Positions 9,227 through 19,035 are shown, counted from the first letter of the stretch. The stretch: 64,000 nucleotides of DNA from an uncultured Verrucomicrobiae bacterium (GCA_963762565.1 CAVXLD010000005.1:128001-192000); one strand, 5' to 3'. Notes: generated by a model from the letters alone, not told the origin. Made by a program: numbers and translations.

Positions 9227-9982
9227 TTAATCGTGTCCATTCGCGGTTTTTTTTGCATAGACAATGGCTCCGCCCATATGGCCCGATTTTATGGTCTCAT
9301 GCATAAGGTCGTAGAAGTTTGAGGCGTACTCCCAGGTCTCAATACCGCATTCTTCGATCAGTTTAGGGCGCAGCTCGCGGATGCGATCGGAGAACGTTTT
9401 GTACCAACGAATATATTCGGGGGTGACATCCTGGATCGTTTCGAGGGTCCAGCCAGTGTCACTAAGTAAAGAGTTAATCGTAGATAGAATCAGGGGATGC
9501 CAATTAAGTAATTCTACATGTTTACCCAGGGTTGAAACATTAAAGGTCCCCGGGTCCGTGTATTCGAAAATCGCTAGACGCGCACCGGGTCTACCGTTGT
9601 GGGCAAAAGCGCGGAGTGCAGCCGGTTGATCGGAGAACGCGTAAAAGGAATTGAAACAGCAAATGACGTCGAATGTTCCGGAACCGATGCGTTCAGCTTG
9701 TTCCACCGGGCAAACATCAAAAGTGATTTCAGGATAGACCTGGCGAGCTCGGTCAATCGACTCGCCTTCGATATCGATGCCAGTGACTTTTCCCCAACCT
9801 GCCCGCTGAATATAAGCGGCAGTTCCGCCGCGTCCGCAGCCCGCGTCAAGCACCTGCTGGACCGGATTTTTTGTTAACGGACACCAAACGAGATCGATTG
9901 ATTCCGTTTCGCCAGCGTGGGCATAGTCACCGCCCCGGGCCATCGCTAGGAGGCGTTTTCCTTGGAAAGAATTGAGACGCAT
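9227..9982 (-). CDS. Class I SAM-dependent methyltransferase
   Basis: VLDAGCGRGG motif I, VTGIDI, FDVI. Confidence 0.85.
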   Translation of the reverse strand: MRLNSFQGKRLLAMARGGDYAHAGETESIDLVWCPLTKNPVQQVLDAGCGRGGTAAYIQRAGWGKVTGIDIEGESIDRARQVYPEITFDVCPVEQAERIGSGTFDVICCFNSFYAFSDQPAALRAFAHNGRPGARLAIFEYTDPGTFNVSTLGKHVELLNWHPLILSTINSLLSDTGWTLETIQDVTPEYIRWYKTFSDRIRELRPKLIEECGIETWEYASNFYDLMHETIKSGHMGGAIVYAKKTANGHD

Positions 9983-10002
9983 GGGGGAGGGGCGCTTCGC
10001 GC

Positions 10003-10040
10003 GTGAGAGGTGAAAGGTGAAAGGTGATTGGTGATTGGTG
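10003..10040. repeat. GTGAAAG and TGATTGG heptamer arrays
   Basis: gtgagag-gtgaaag-gtgaaag-gtgattg-gtgattg-gtg. Confidence 0.85.
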
Positions 10041-10157
10041 GGGGTAAACGGCAGGGTAGCAGATGCGTGAGGGGGTGGGAAGAGTGGGCGAGGTGGAGGG
10101 AGTTGAGGTTGGTGGGCAGATGTGGTTGGTGGTGTCTTTGCTGCTTTGGGTGAGATT

Positions 10158-10886
10158 TTATTCTTTAACGGCGGCGATTACTAGGAAGGGTGGGCGGCGG
10201 GATTGGTCTTGGGTATCGGGGTCCTTTGTGTCGGGGGCGGGTTTGGGTTCTTCTAGTCTTTTTAGCAGGAAACCGGAGTTGATTACGGTGTTAACGTAGG
10301 TGGCGATGGTTCGGTGGTATTTGATGACGTTCTCTGTTAACCAGTTCGTTTGGCGGCGGCCTTCTTCTTGGTAATTGTCAACGGGCCAATGTAGCCGTTC
10401 GCCTTTCGGTCCGTGATGCCAGGATTGGGCTGGGAGGGCGGTGAAGATTGGGTGCTCGACTGAGAATAGGAAGGTGCCGTTTGGGGTCATGCAATGATGA
10501 ACTTTTCGGCAGACCAGGTCGAAGGCTTCGACGTAATGGAGGGCGAGCGAGCTGATGACGACGTCGAATTGGTTAGAGGAAAAATCGATGTCTTCGATTG
10601 CGCATCGGTGATATCCGATGTCGGGGTTGTGGCTCGTTGCGCGGGCGCGTTCTAGCATTTTTTCGGATAGATCGATGCCGATTACCGTGCGGGCGCCGTG
10701 CTCTTGGGCGTAACGGCAGTGCCAACCGAAGCCGCATCCCAGATCGAGTACCCGTCTGTCGAGGAGATCAGGTAGAAGTGCCCGGAAAGTGTTCCATTCG
10801 AGACCAGCAGCCAGGCCGTGGATGGACCGAGGCATCTGGCTGTATTCCGCGAAGAACTCGGGGTCGTCGTATTTGTTTTGCTTCAA
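10158..10886 (-). CDS. Class I SAM-dependent methyltransferase
   Basis: VLDLGCGFGW, IGIDLSEKML, SSLALHY, FSVEHP and KYHRT motifs; TTG start. Confidence 0.9.
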   Translation of the reverse strand: MKQNKYDDPEFFAEYSQMPRSIHGLAAGLEWNTFRALLPDLLDRRVLDLGCGFGWHCRYAQEHGARTVIGIDLSEKMLERARATSHNPDIGYHRCAIEDIDFSSNQFDVVISSLALHYVEAFDLVCRKVHHCMTPNGTFLFSVEHPIFTALPAQSWHHGPKGERLHWPVDNYQEEGRRQTNWLTENVIKYHRTIATYVNTVINSGFLLKRLEEPKPAPDTKDPDTQDQSRRPPFLVIAAVKE

Positions 10887-11074
10887 GTGGGAAGAAGAGA
10901 ATAGCCGCGAAAAGGCACCAAAAACGCACCAAAAATCGCGACACGCAAATGGCTGCGCTTTTTACCTTTCACTTTTCACCTATCACCTTTCACCGTCTTC
11001 ACTTTGTGGCCTTCGTGATCTTCTGTGTGATTTGTTCTGTTTGGTTTTCCCTTTCCCGGCCACTTTTTCTTTAG

Positions 11075-11815
11075 TTAATGGCCGGCCGTGGTTAGGGCGC
11101 CGTCGACGGTGATTGAGGTTCCGGATATGAAGGAGGCGGCGTCGGAAGCCAGGAAGAGTGCGACTTCAGCGACTTCGTTTGGGGTGCCGATTCGGCCTAA
11201 GGGATGAAATTTTAATACTTCTTCCTTAGTCACGATCCCGGTGGCGAACCAGCGTTGCAGCAAGGCAGTTTCGATGTAGCCGGGGCAGATCGCATTTACG
11301 CGGACGCCGTCTCTGCCGTGGTCGAGCGCCATGGCTCGGGTTAATCCAATGAGAGCGGATTTGCTGGCGTCGTAGGCCGGGCATTTCGGCCAGGATACAA
11401 AAGCGTGTACGGAAGAGATGTTAATTATGGACCCGTTGCGGCCTCGCATGGGCGGGATGGCGTATTTGGAACAAAGAAAGACGCCTCGAAGGTTCACGGC
11501 TAACTGACGGTCCCATTGTTCGGCCGTCAAATCGACGATGGTGCCGTTAATCTCGATCCCGGCGTTGTTAATCAAAACGTCGAGCGAACCTAATTCCGTC
11601 AGCGTGCGTTGCACGGCCGTTTTCACTTGTTCTTCGTCGGCCACGTCGCCTGCGAGCACGAGTTTCCGCGGTTCACAATTAATCCGCGAAGCGGTCGCGG
11701 CGGTTGCTTCGCCATCGATATCAAACAGCGCGACCTGGTAACCCGCTTTCAAGAAACGTTGGGCGATTGCTGCTCCGATACCCGAAGCTGCGCCGGTAAC
11801 TAATGCAGTTTTCAT
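11075..11815 (-). CDS. Short-chain dehydrogenase/reductase (SDR)
   Basis: TGAASGIG, NNAG, YDASK, VNAICPG. Confidence 0.93.
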   Translation of the reverse strand: MKTALVTGAASGIGAAIAQRFLKAGYQVALFDIDGEATAATASRINCEPRKLVLAGDVADEEQVKTAVQRTLTELGSLDVLINNAGIEINGTIVDLTAEQWDRQLAVNLRGVFLCSKYAIPPMRGRNGSIINISSVHAFVSWPKCPAYDASKSALIGLTRAMALDHGRDGVRVNAICPGYIETALLQRWFATGIVTKEEVLKFHPLGRIGTPNEVAEVALFLASDAASFISGTSITVDGALTTAGH

Positions 11816-11832
11816 TCAGAGTTCGAGGAGAT

Positions 11833-12041
11833 GGTAGGGCGAGGCTCCCGAAAGAGCGCTCGACGGTCGCAGGGTCGAATGATGCCTCGTCGGTATATTA
11901 GGTGCAACTTCTAAGCGCTGCCGAGCCGTGGGTTACGCAGGGCCCCGGCTCGGCAGCGTTAAGGTGTTGCATCCCATATTTTGGCGAAACACAATCTGGC
12001 TCTGCGACTTCTTTCCGACCATTCTGGAGCCTCGCCCTACC
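11833..12041. mobile_element. Split-REP inverted pair 2
   Basis: GGTAGGGCGAGGCTCCC, 70 nt, GCCGAGCC, 19-nt spacer, GGCTCGGC, 70 nt, TGGAGCCTCGCCCTACC. Confidence 0.82.
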
Positions 12042-12045
12042 AACG

Positions 12046-12996
12046 CTAGTCCCGAAGCCGCGCGGATCGGCCGTAGATGAGGAGCATAACCAGCAAGACG
12101 CCACCGTAGATGATCTGCCGGCCGGCTTCAGGCATTTGCAGGACTGAAAGCATGCTTTGGAGTAGCACGATTAACAGGACTCCGATTACGGTGCCGATAT
12201 AGCGGCCGCTGCCACCAAGGACGTTGGTTCCGCCAAGGACGATGGCCGCAATGGCGGGTAACAGATAGGCGTCACCCATCCCTTGATAGGCTTTGGTAGA
12301 ATAACCGGTTAACATGATCCCGCCGAGCGCGGCGGTGACGCCGCTGGTGACGAACGCGCCAATAATCACTAGCCGGGTCGGTACTCCCGAGAGATAAGCA
12401 GCGCGTTCCCGGTTACCAACGGAATAAAGGTAACGTCCGAATTGAGTGGCACGCAGGAGAAAGATTAAGATGGCAGATACTGCGATCCAGACAAACAAGG
12501 CGTTGGGGATGCCGAAGGTGTGATTGACCGCTAACGTCGCCATTAATTGGGTGGCATGACTGGCTGGGGCGGCGCCGCCGGTGTATAAAACTACCAAGCC
12601 TTGTAACACGGCGTTCATTCCCAGGGTAAAAATCATCGAGGGGACTCGTAACCAGGCAACGCCAACCCCGTTTATGAGGCCGACTAACGCCCCGCAGCCG
12701 AGTCCGACCGGGAACACCAGTAGTCCGGCGGTATTTTGAACCTGAGCGACGGCGGTGCCCATCATTGCTGCCATGGTGATCGTCCAGGGGATAGAAAGAT
12801 CGATGTGACCGAGCAGGATCACTAGCATTGAACCGCCGGCGATGATGCCGAGGAATGAGGCAACTTGTAACTGTTGTAATAGGTAATTCGGTGAAACAAA
12901 ATTTCGGTTAATGGTGGCTCCGATTGCCAGGATCACCAGGATGCAAGCGCTGGCCGCAATGATCGGTTGGTTTTCTTTAGTGAAGATCCGGTTCAC
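12046..12996 (-). CDS. Monosaccharide ABC transporter permease (RbsC-like)
   Basis: GHIDLS, FGRYLYSVGN, AAYLSG and AIVLGGT motifs; GTG start overlaps the upstream TGA (GTGA coupling). Confidence 0.9.
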   Translation of the reverse strand: MNRIFTKENQPIIAASACILVILAIGATINRNFVSPNYLLQQLQVASFLGIIAGGSMLVILLGHIDLSIPWTITMAAMMGTAVAQVQNTAGLLVFPVGLGCGALVGLINGVGVAWLRVPSMIFTLGMNAVLQGLVVLYTGGAAPASHATQLMATLAVNHTFGIPNALFVWIAVSAILIFLLRATQFGRYLYSVGNRERAAYLSGVPTRLVIIGAFVTSGVTAALGGIMLTGYSTKAYQGMGDAYLLPAIAAIVLGGTNVLGGSGRYIGTVIGVLLIVLLQSMLSVLQMPEAGRQIIYGGVLLVMLLIYGRSARLRD

Positions 12997-14222
12997 AGGA
13001 AGACGTCCATTTGGTTTTTGCGGCGAAGAACCCGGACTGCACCTAAACAAACTGCGGCGAGCAGGATGAGACCTTGAAACAAGGGTTGCCAAAGGGCGGG
13101 AGCGTTAAACACGAAGAGAAGATCGCTAATGATGCGCAGAACGAGAGCACCACAGATCGAGCCGATGAAACCGCCTGAGCCGCCGAATAACGAAGTACCA
13201 CCGATGGCAACGGCAGCGATCGAATTCAGTGTGTAAAAGCCGCCTTGGCTGGAGCTGGCTTCACCGGAGAGCGAGATCAGCGATAGTAAGAGACCGCCGC
13301 ACGCAGCTAATAAACCGGCTAAAGCATAGGCAGCGAACCGGGCGCGTCCGATCGCCAGGCCTGACATATAGGCAGCGCGTTCTGAGGATCCTACGGCGTA
13401 GCAGTTCCGGCCAACAGCGAGGTTACGGAACGGCCACCAGACGAAGAGAATGGTTCCGACTAACAAAAGGAAGGTCGAGGGGATCCCGAAAACATCATAG
13501 GTTAGTGCATTGCTGAAATCTTCGTTCACCTCGCCGCCTGGAGTGGGACGTAACAAAAGCGCGATCCCAAAGTAGATGGCGCCGGTGGCTAGAGTGGCGA
13601 TGATCGGTTGGATCCGGCCGATCACAACGATGGTCGCGTTGATCATACCGGCTAAGAGGCCGCTGGCCAAAATGGCGAGAGTAGCGAGCGCCGTTTGACC
13701 GGGTGACCCGTTCAGGATCACTGAAGCAAGACAGGAGGTCATCGTCATCACCATCCCGACGGATAAATCGAACCCGCCGGTCAGGATGACCAACGTTTGC
13801 GCCATGGCGACGTAGGCTAAGACGACGCCTTTGTTAGAGACCGAAGTTAAGACATTGGTGGATAGGCCGTTTGCCTGTTGGGAAGCGAACAGGATGAACA
13901 TCACGGCGAACACAAAGAAACTGAGCAGCGGGCCGGCGTTCCGTTTCCAAAACCGGGACCACGAATGGACGCCTTCGCCAGCTACGGCGCGACAGGCTAC
14001 GAATGGGCGGGAATGACTCTGCGGCGGAGGTTGTTGGCGGAGCGGTTTCGGTTGTGTGAGCGGGGGCGGTCGGTGGTTCCGACCGAGTCGGCCTCGCAAG
14101 CGAGGCGCGCTCCACGGGTGGCGACCCCTCCGGCCTCGCAAGCGAGGCGCGCTCCACGGGTGGCGACCCCTCCGGCCTCGCAAGCGAGGCGCGCTCCACG
14201 GGTGGCGACCCCTCGTGGTCAT
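12993..14222 (-). CDS. Monosaccharide ABC transporter permease (RbsC-like) with a repeat-derived N-terminus
   Basis: LTGGFDLSVG, YAVGSSERAAYMSG and AVAIGGTSL motifs; the first ~85 aa come from REP repeats, so the true start is uncertain. Confidence 0.85.
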   Translation of the reverse strand: MTTRGRHPWSAPRLRGRRGRHPWSAPRLRGRRGRHPWSAPRLRGRLGRNHRPPPLTQPKPLRQQPPPQSHSRPFVACRAVAGEGVHSWSRFWKRNAGPLLSFFVFAVMFILFASQQANGLSTNVLTSVSNKGVVLAYVAMAQTLVILTGGFDLSVGMVMTMTSCLASVILNGSPGQTALATLAILASGLLAGMINATIVVIGRIQPIIATLATGAIYFGIALLLRPTPGGEVNEDFSNALTYDVFGIPSTFLLLVGTILFVWWPFRNLAVGRNCYAVGSSERAAYMSGLAIGRARFAAYALAGLLAACGGLLLSLISLSGEASSSQGGFYTLNSIAAVAIGGTSLFGGSGGFIGSICGALVLRIISDLLFVFNAPALWQPLFQGLILLAAVCLGAVRVLRRKNQMDVFL

Positions 14223-16005
14223 TGTTCTCGCTAAGGTTCAGGGCAGTGGTGATGAGGTTATGTTCGTTGAGGTCTGGACCGCTGAGCTCGCGTATCAATC
14301 GGCCTCCGTAACAGACCAAGACTCGGTCGCACATCCCGATGAGCTCTTCGTAGTCAGTTGAATAGAAGAGAATGCCGAGACCGGTTCCGGCTAGTTCACG
14401 CATCAGACGGTAGAGCTCTTGTTTGGTACCGACGTCGATGCCGCGGGTCGGATCGTTCAGGAGCAGGATCCTGGGTTGTTTCAGCAGCCATTTTCCGATG
14501 ACAACTTTTTGCTGGTTACCGCCGGACAAGGTTCTAACTGGTGCGGACAGGTTATTGGCCAGGATGCGGAGTTTGGCGACGATGTCATTGGTGGCAGCTT
14601 GTTCGCGCGCACGATCGACGAGACCGAACCGGCTCAGGTCCGGGGAAGCCGCCAGCACCAGGTTGTCTTCGATCGACATCGGGAGAAGTAATCCTTGGGT
14701 TTGGCGATCTTGAGGGATCAACGCTAAACCGATGTCGCGGGACTTGGCTTGGCGCGGGTGTTCGATGGTCGTTCGGCGGCCGTCGATGTAGACTTCGCCG
14801 GTCAGACCGCGAAGCACGCCGAATAAGGCCAAGAGAAGTTCGCTTTGGCCTTGGCCGTCTAGGCCTCCGAGGCCGACGATTTCGCCGGGGGCAAGTTTCA
14901 GGGAGATGCCGTTGAGGACGTGGTACCAGGTCAGGTCTTTTATTTCCAGGAGAGGTGGCCTTTGCGTGTCGGCGGGTGGGCGTTTGGGCGTGTCGGCGTG
15001 GCCCGACTTCGCCTCGTCGTTTAGACTCCGAGAGGCTACGTCGGGTCTGGCGAGAGTGGGCCTTTCGTTTTTCTTGGGGTAGGCTCGGGCGACTTCGCGG
15101 CCGATCATCATCGGGACGATTTCTTCGGTTGTCCGGCTGGACATGGGGAACGTCTCGATATGTTTGCCGTTTCGGAAGACGGAACAGATGTCGGCCAGAG
15201 CGGAGATCTCCGGCATTCGATGGGAGATATAGAGGACGGCGACACCTTGTTCGCGTAAGCCGCGAACGATCCGGTAGAGGTGTTCTACGTCTCTCGCGGT
15301 CAGGGCTGAGGTCGCTTCATCCATGATGATGAGGCGCGGGCTGCGGATCAGCGCTTTCGCGATCTCGACCATTTGTTGGCGGGAGAGTGGTAAATCTTTG
15401 ACTCGTTCATCCGGATGAATGTCGCCGCAGCCGACTCGTTGTAAGACTTGTTCGGCGATCCGGCGCTGGCGGCGGTGATCGATTAGCCCGAAACGTTTCG
15501 GCGGGTCAGCGATCGAGATGTTATCGGCGACGGAAAGATCGGGTAAAAGCGACAACTCCTGGAAGATGCAGACGATCCCGAGCGCTGCTGCATCGGCCGG
15601 TGATGCGAATTTTATTGGTTTATCTTCTACGTAAATCTCGCCTTCGTCCGGACGGGTAACGCCGGCGATCAGCTTCATTAATGAGCTTTTACCGGCGCCG
15701 TTCTCACCGACCACGGCATGGATGGTGCCGAGCGAACAAGCGAAATCGACGTTCGCGAGCGCGGTCACGCCGCCGTAACGCTTGGTGATGGCGTGTAAGC
15801 GTAGGAATGGGTTCGGTGTTGAGATAGCGGGCGGGAATGATGGCGATTCGCTGGGACGGCCGTGAGAGGTGAGAAGTGAGAGGTGACGATGCGACGAGGG
15901 ATGGACTTTGGAGTGGTGCGGGTGGTTGGTGTTGGTGCGAATAGGACCTATAGGACCAATGAGACCTATATGGCGCGAGACCGACCCTACACCGGCCAGT
16001 CCCAA
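13834..16005 (-). CDS. Sugar ABC transporter ATP-binding protein (RbsA/MglA-like, two NBDs) with repeat-derived ends and linker
   Basis: GENGAGKS, DEATSAL, ISHR, LSGGNQQK and NDPTRGIDVG; start uncertain (TTG 16005); about 130 aa of read-through tail over the permease. Confidence 0.88.
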   Translation of the reverse strand: MGLAGVGSVSRHIGLIGPIGPIRTNTNHPHHSKVHPSSHRHLSLLTSHGRPSESPSFPPAISTPNPFLRLHAITKRYGGVTALANVDFACSLGTIHAVVGENGAGKSSLMKLIAGVTRPDEGEIYVEDKPIKFASPADAAALGIVCIFQELSLLPDLSVADNISIADPPKRFGLIDHRRQRRIAEQVLQRVGCGDIHPDERVKDLPLSRQQMVEIAKALIRSPRLIIMDEATSALTARDVEHLYRIVRGLREQGVAVLYISHRMPEISALADICSVFRNGKHIETFPMSSRTTEEIVPMMIGREVARAYPKKNERPTLARPDVASRSLNDEAKSGHADTPKRPPADTQRPPLLEIKDLTWYHVLNGISLKLAPGEIVGLGGLDGQGQSELLLALFGVLRGLTGEVYIDGRRTTIEHPRQAKSRDIGLALIPQDRQTQGLLLPMSIEDNLVLAASPDLSRFGLVDRAREQAATNDIVAKLRILANNLSAPVRTLSGGNQQKVVIGKWLLKQPRILLLNDPTRGIDVGTKQELYRLMRELAGTGLGILFYSTDYEELIGMCDRVLVCYGGRLIRELSGPDLNEHNLITTALNLSENNDHEGSPPVERASLARPEGSPPVERASLARPEGSPPVERASLARPTRSEPPTAPAHTTETAPPTTSAAESFPPIRSLSRRSWRRRPFVVPVLETERRPAAQFLCVRRDVHPVRFPTGKRPIHQCLNFGL
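14089..14214. repeat. 3 x 42-nt perfect tandem of a palindromic REP
   Basis: cggcctcgcaagcgaggcgcgctccacgggtggcgacccctc at 14089, 14131 and 14173; related single copies at 24331-24359 and 58238-58265. Confidence 0.95.
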
Positions 16006-16047
16006 GGCCTACCTCTCACTTCTCACCAATCACCTCTCACCTCTCAC
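15862..16047. repeat. Inverted GTGAGAG/CTCTCAC heptamer arrays enclosing an ATAGGACCT nonamer array
   Basis: gtgagaggtgagaagtgagag (15862), ataggacctataggaccaatgagacct (15941), ctcacttctcaccaatcacctctcacctctcac (16015). Confidence 0.85.
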
Positions 16048-16080
16048 GTAAGGACGTGCTGTAAGCTCGTCCTTACCGAG

Positions 16081-17181
16081 TTAGTTCGTCTTAGCGGCAT
16101 TCATTAGCTTGCCGGCGTCGAGCGTGATGTTGCACTGCGGGAAACCGCTCGCGACGAAGAAGTCGTCCGAGAGATCAGGAAAATAATCTACTCCGGCTTT
16201 CATCGTGTCGTACTCACACTGCGGGATTGGGGCGGAGATATATTGAGGGAGACTATTTCCTTGGAGTGCGGCGAGGCCGGCCTTCAGCGACAAGGCAACC
16301 AAGGCCGGGGATTGGCCGTAGGACCAGCCTTTCAAGCCTTCGTTGGCGTGTTCTGCGATCAGTTTTCGGAAACCGTTCTCTGCTTCACCGGCGACAGGGA
16401 TGAACGGGTTCTTGCCATCGATTAAGGCTCGGACAGCGCCGGTGGTGCCGCCTTGACAGGTCATCCCATCGAATTTGCCGTGAACCGCGATGGCATCCGC
16501 AACTGCTTTTTGGGCGGTGCCGTCATCCCAGTTCCCGACCACTTCGGTGACCTTAATATCAGGATATTTGTCGAAGATTTCGTGCTGCCCTTTGTGGCGG
16601 TCGAGATCGACTGAGTTACCGGCGAGACCGCGCACCTCGATCACGTTACCTTTTGTTCCCATCTGTTTAACGATCCAATTACCCATGAGGCGGCCGGCCT
16701 CGAGCTGATCTTCGTTAACGGCAACAATCTGGTCGCTATCGATGATGTTATCGAAGGAGATGAGGATGACGCCGGCCCGTTTAGCGCGTTCGATCACCGG
16801 TTTGAATGCGGTCGGGCTGACGGCATTAATAATGACCAGGTCATACCCGGCGTTGATAAAGTTATCAACGGCTCCGATCTGAGCTGCGACGTCGGTTCCG
16901 GTGCTGACGATTTTGAGTTCTTTGATCAAGGGTTTGATCTGGGGATCTTCGGCGTATTGCTGGAGACACTTGATCATTTCAATTCGCCAGGTGTTACCGA
17001 TGTAACCATTGGCTAGGGCAACCCGGTACGGCGGTTTTTTGGCTTTGAACTGCAGGGTTTTTGTCTCAGGGGAAAACGGCTTAAAACAATCGGCGGAGGT
17101 AGTGTCCGCAGCCTGGATGGTCGGAGCCAGAACGAATGCGCTGATCACAGCAGTCGCGAATATGCGCTTAATCATAATCAT
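16081..17181 (-). CDS. Sugar ABC transporter periplasmic substrate-binding protein
   Basis: Signal peptide MIMIKRIFATAVISAFVLAPTIQA; LANGYIGNTWR and ISFDN (type 1 periplasmic binding fold); first gene of the ABC cluster. Confidence 0.9.
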   Translation of the reverse strand: MIMIKRIFATAVISAFVLAPTIQAADTTSADCFKPFSPETKTLQFKAKKPPYRVALANGYIGNTWRIEMIKCLQQYAEDPQIKPLIKELKIVSTGTDVAAQIGAVDNFINAGYDLVIINAVSPTAFKPVIERAKRAGVILISFDNIIDSDQIVAVNEDQLEAGRLMGNWIVKQMGTKGNVIEVRGLAGNSVDLDRHKGQHEIFDKYPDIKVTEVVGNWDDGTAQKAVADAIAVHGKFDGMTCQGGTTGAVRALIDGKNPFIPVAGEAENGFRKLIAEHANEGLKGWSYGQSPALVALSLKAGLAALQGNSLPQYISAPIPQCEYDTMKAGVDYFPDLSDDFFVASGFPQCNITLDAGKLMNAAKTN

Positions 17182-17257
17182 TTGAATTGATGGGGTGGAA
17201 GCAACCAAGCGGTGGGGGGAACCGCTTTTCGCGAAAGAATGATAGGCCGCGGCGGAG

Positions 17258-17482
17258 AAATGACAAATGACAGATTGGGGCGAGTCGTGGGCGAGGGCGC
17301 CGATAGTGGACGGAGTGGACCTAGTCGACTTAGTCGACCGAGTTGATGGGGCTTGTTGTGGCATCGCGCTGACGAGGGGGGCCTTCTTGTACTCCTCGTA
17401 CTCCCCGACTCCGCAAGGCCTACGTCGCGGCAGGCCTTGAACTCCCGCCCGCAACGCTTCGCGGAGCGATGCGGGCGCGGCC
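17258..17482. repeat. Composite mosaic of TGACAAA, GTGGACTTA and GTACTCC arrays with two nested REPs
   Basis: Arrays at 17258-17275, 17306-17345 and 17388-17445; REPs at 17405-17436 and 17447-17476. Confidence 0.85.
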
Positions 17483-17488
17483 TACTAC

Positions 17489-18856
17489 CTAGCCGGTGAG
17501 GATTTTGCCAGGGTTCATGATGTTCTGGGGGTCGATGGCCTGTTTGATGGCGCGCATGACGGAGAGGGCTTCGCCGTGTTCGGCGACTAAGGAATTGATT
17601 TTGCCGAGGCCCACGCCGTGTTCGCCGGTGCAAGTGCCGTCTAAAGATAGGGCGCGGTCGATGAGTCGTTGGTTAAGGCGATTGGCTTCGGCCAGTTGTT
17701 TGGGGTCGTTCGGGTTCAGCACCATGGCGACGTGGAAATTGCCGTCACCGACGTGGCCAATGATTGGGGTAAGGATTGAGGATGAGGCCATATCTTGCTC
17801 GGTTGAAACGATGCATTCAGCTAGACGGGAGATCGGGACGCAAACGTCGGTGGGGAAAAGTTGGCCGTCTGAGCGTAAAGCTCGAGCCGCATAAGCGGCA
17901 TCATGGCGTGCTTGCCAGAGTCTGAGGCGTTCCTCGGCGTTACTCGACCAGGCAAAAGATCCGCCGCCTTGTTCGGCTGCTATTTTCTGGACGGATTCAG
18001 CTTGTTCCGCTGCGCTGGCTGTTGTGCCATGAAACTCGAGCCAAAGGGTTGGCGCGACCGGTAGATCCAGCTTTGAATAGCGGTTGATTGCCTCGATTTG
18101 AGTTGCGTTCGCCAGTTCGATCCGGGCAACGGGGATCCCGGCTTGGATGGTTTTGATCACGGTATTGACCGCGGCTTCGATGCTGGGGAATGAACAGACG
18201 GCAGCTGAAATGGCAGCAGGGCGGGCGAATAGCCGGACGGTGATTTCGGTGATGACACCGAGCGTGCCTTCTGAGCCGACAAAAAGATGGGTCAGATCGT
18301 ACCCGGCCGCGGATTTGCGCGCTCTATGTCCGGTACGAATGATTTTTCCGTCGGGTAGAACTACCTTCAGTGAAAGCACATTGTCGCGGATGGTGCCGTA
18401 CCGGACGGAGTTGGTGCCGGAGGCACGGGTTGCCGTCATCCCGCCGATGGTGGCATTGGCGCCGGGATCAACTGAAAAGAAGAGGTTTTTATCGTGGAGC
18501 GATACATTGAGTTCTCGGTGAGTTACGGCAGCTTCGACCGTGGCATCGAGGTCGTCGGGGTTGATCTCCAGGACCCGGTTCATTCGGGATAGATCGATGG
18601 AGAGGCCACCGTGTATGGCCGAGATGTGGCCTTCCAGGCTGGTCCCGGCGCCGAAGGGGATCATCGGGACTTTGTATTCGGCACAGATTTTAACGATTGC
18701 GCTTACTTCTTCGGTGGTGTCCGGAAAAGCGACGGCATCCGGCGGCATCGCCGGGTGATAAGATTCATCTTTACCGTGCCGGTGGAGAATGGAGGGGTCG
18801 GTGGAGAGGTGGTCGTTTAGGAGGCGGCCCAGGGCGGAGAAAGCGGAGGAGTTCAA
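17489..18856 (-). CDS. FAD-linked oxidase (D-lactate dehydrogenase/GlcD-like)
   Basis: PFGAGTSLEGH, GSEGTLG, GHVGDGNFH, TGEHGVG and MNPGK motifs; TTG start. Confidence 0.92.
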   Translation of the reverse strand: MNSSAFSALGRLLNDHLSTDPSILHRHGKDESYHPAMPPDAVAFPDTTEEVSAIVKICAEYKVPMIPFGAGTSLEGHISAIHGGLSIDLSRMNRVLEINPDDLDATVEAAVTHRELNVSLHDKNLFFSVDPGANATIGGMTATRASGTNSVRYGTIRDNVLSLKVVLPDGKIIRTGHRARKSAAGYDLTHLFVGSEGTLGVITEITVRLFARPAAISAAVCSFPSIEAAVNTVIKTIQAGIPVARIELANATQIEAINRYSKLDLPVAPTLWLEFHGTTASAAEQAESVQKIAAEQGGGSFAWSSNAEERLRLWQARHDAAYAARALRSDGQLFPTDVCVPISRLAECIVSTEQDMASSSILTPIIGHVGDGNFHVAMVLNPNDPKQLAEANRLNQRLIDRALSLDGTCTGEHGVGLGKINSLVAEHGEALSVMRAIKQAIDPQNIMNPGKILTG

Positions 18857-18909
18857 GGGGGGCGGGGAATGTGAGTGGTGAGAGGTGGCGCAAGCAGTAA
18901 GCAGCAGTC

Positions 18910-19035
18910 AGTGATTGGTGATTGGTGATTGGTGCTGCCGGCAGGCACATTTGCTGTCGGCTATTTGCTATTCTGGCTTGGCTATTGGCTATCGGCTATT
19001 GGTCATTCGCGCTGCGCTGTAAGCGCAGCGCGCTA
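18910..19035. repeat. TGATTGG and TATTGGC heptamer arrays plus a GC hairpin
   Basis: (gtgattg)x3; ggctattggctatcggctattgg; cgcgctgcgc-tgtaa-gcgcagcgcg directly after the AI-2E stop. Confidence 0.8.

Noticed and set aside
14089..14214. CRISPR array (42-nt palindromic repeats)
   Set aside because: The units are head-to-tail with no spacers, there are only three copies, and no cas genes are present.
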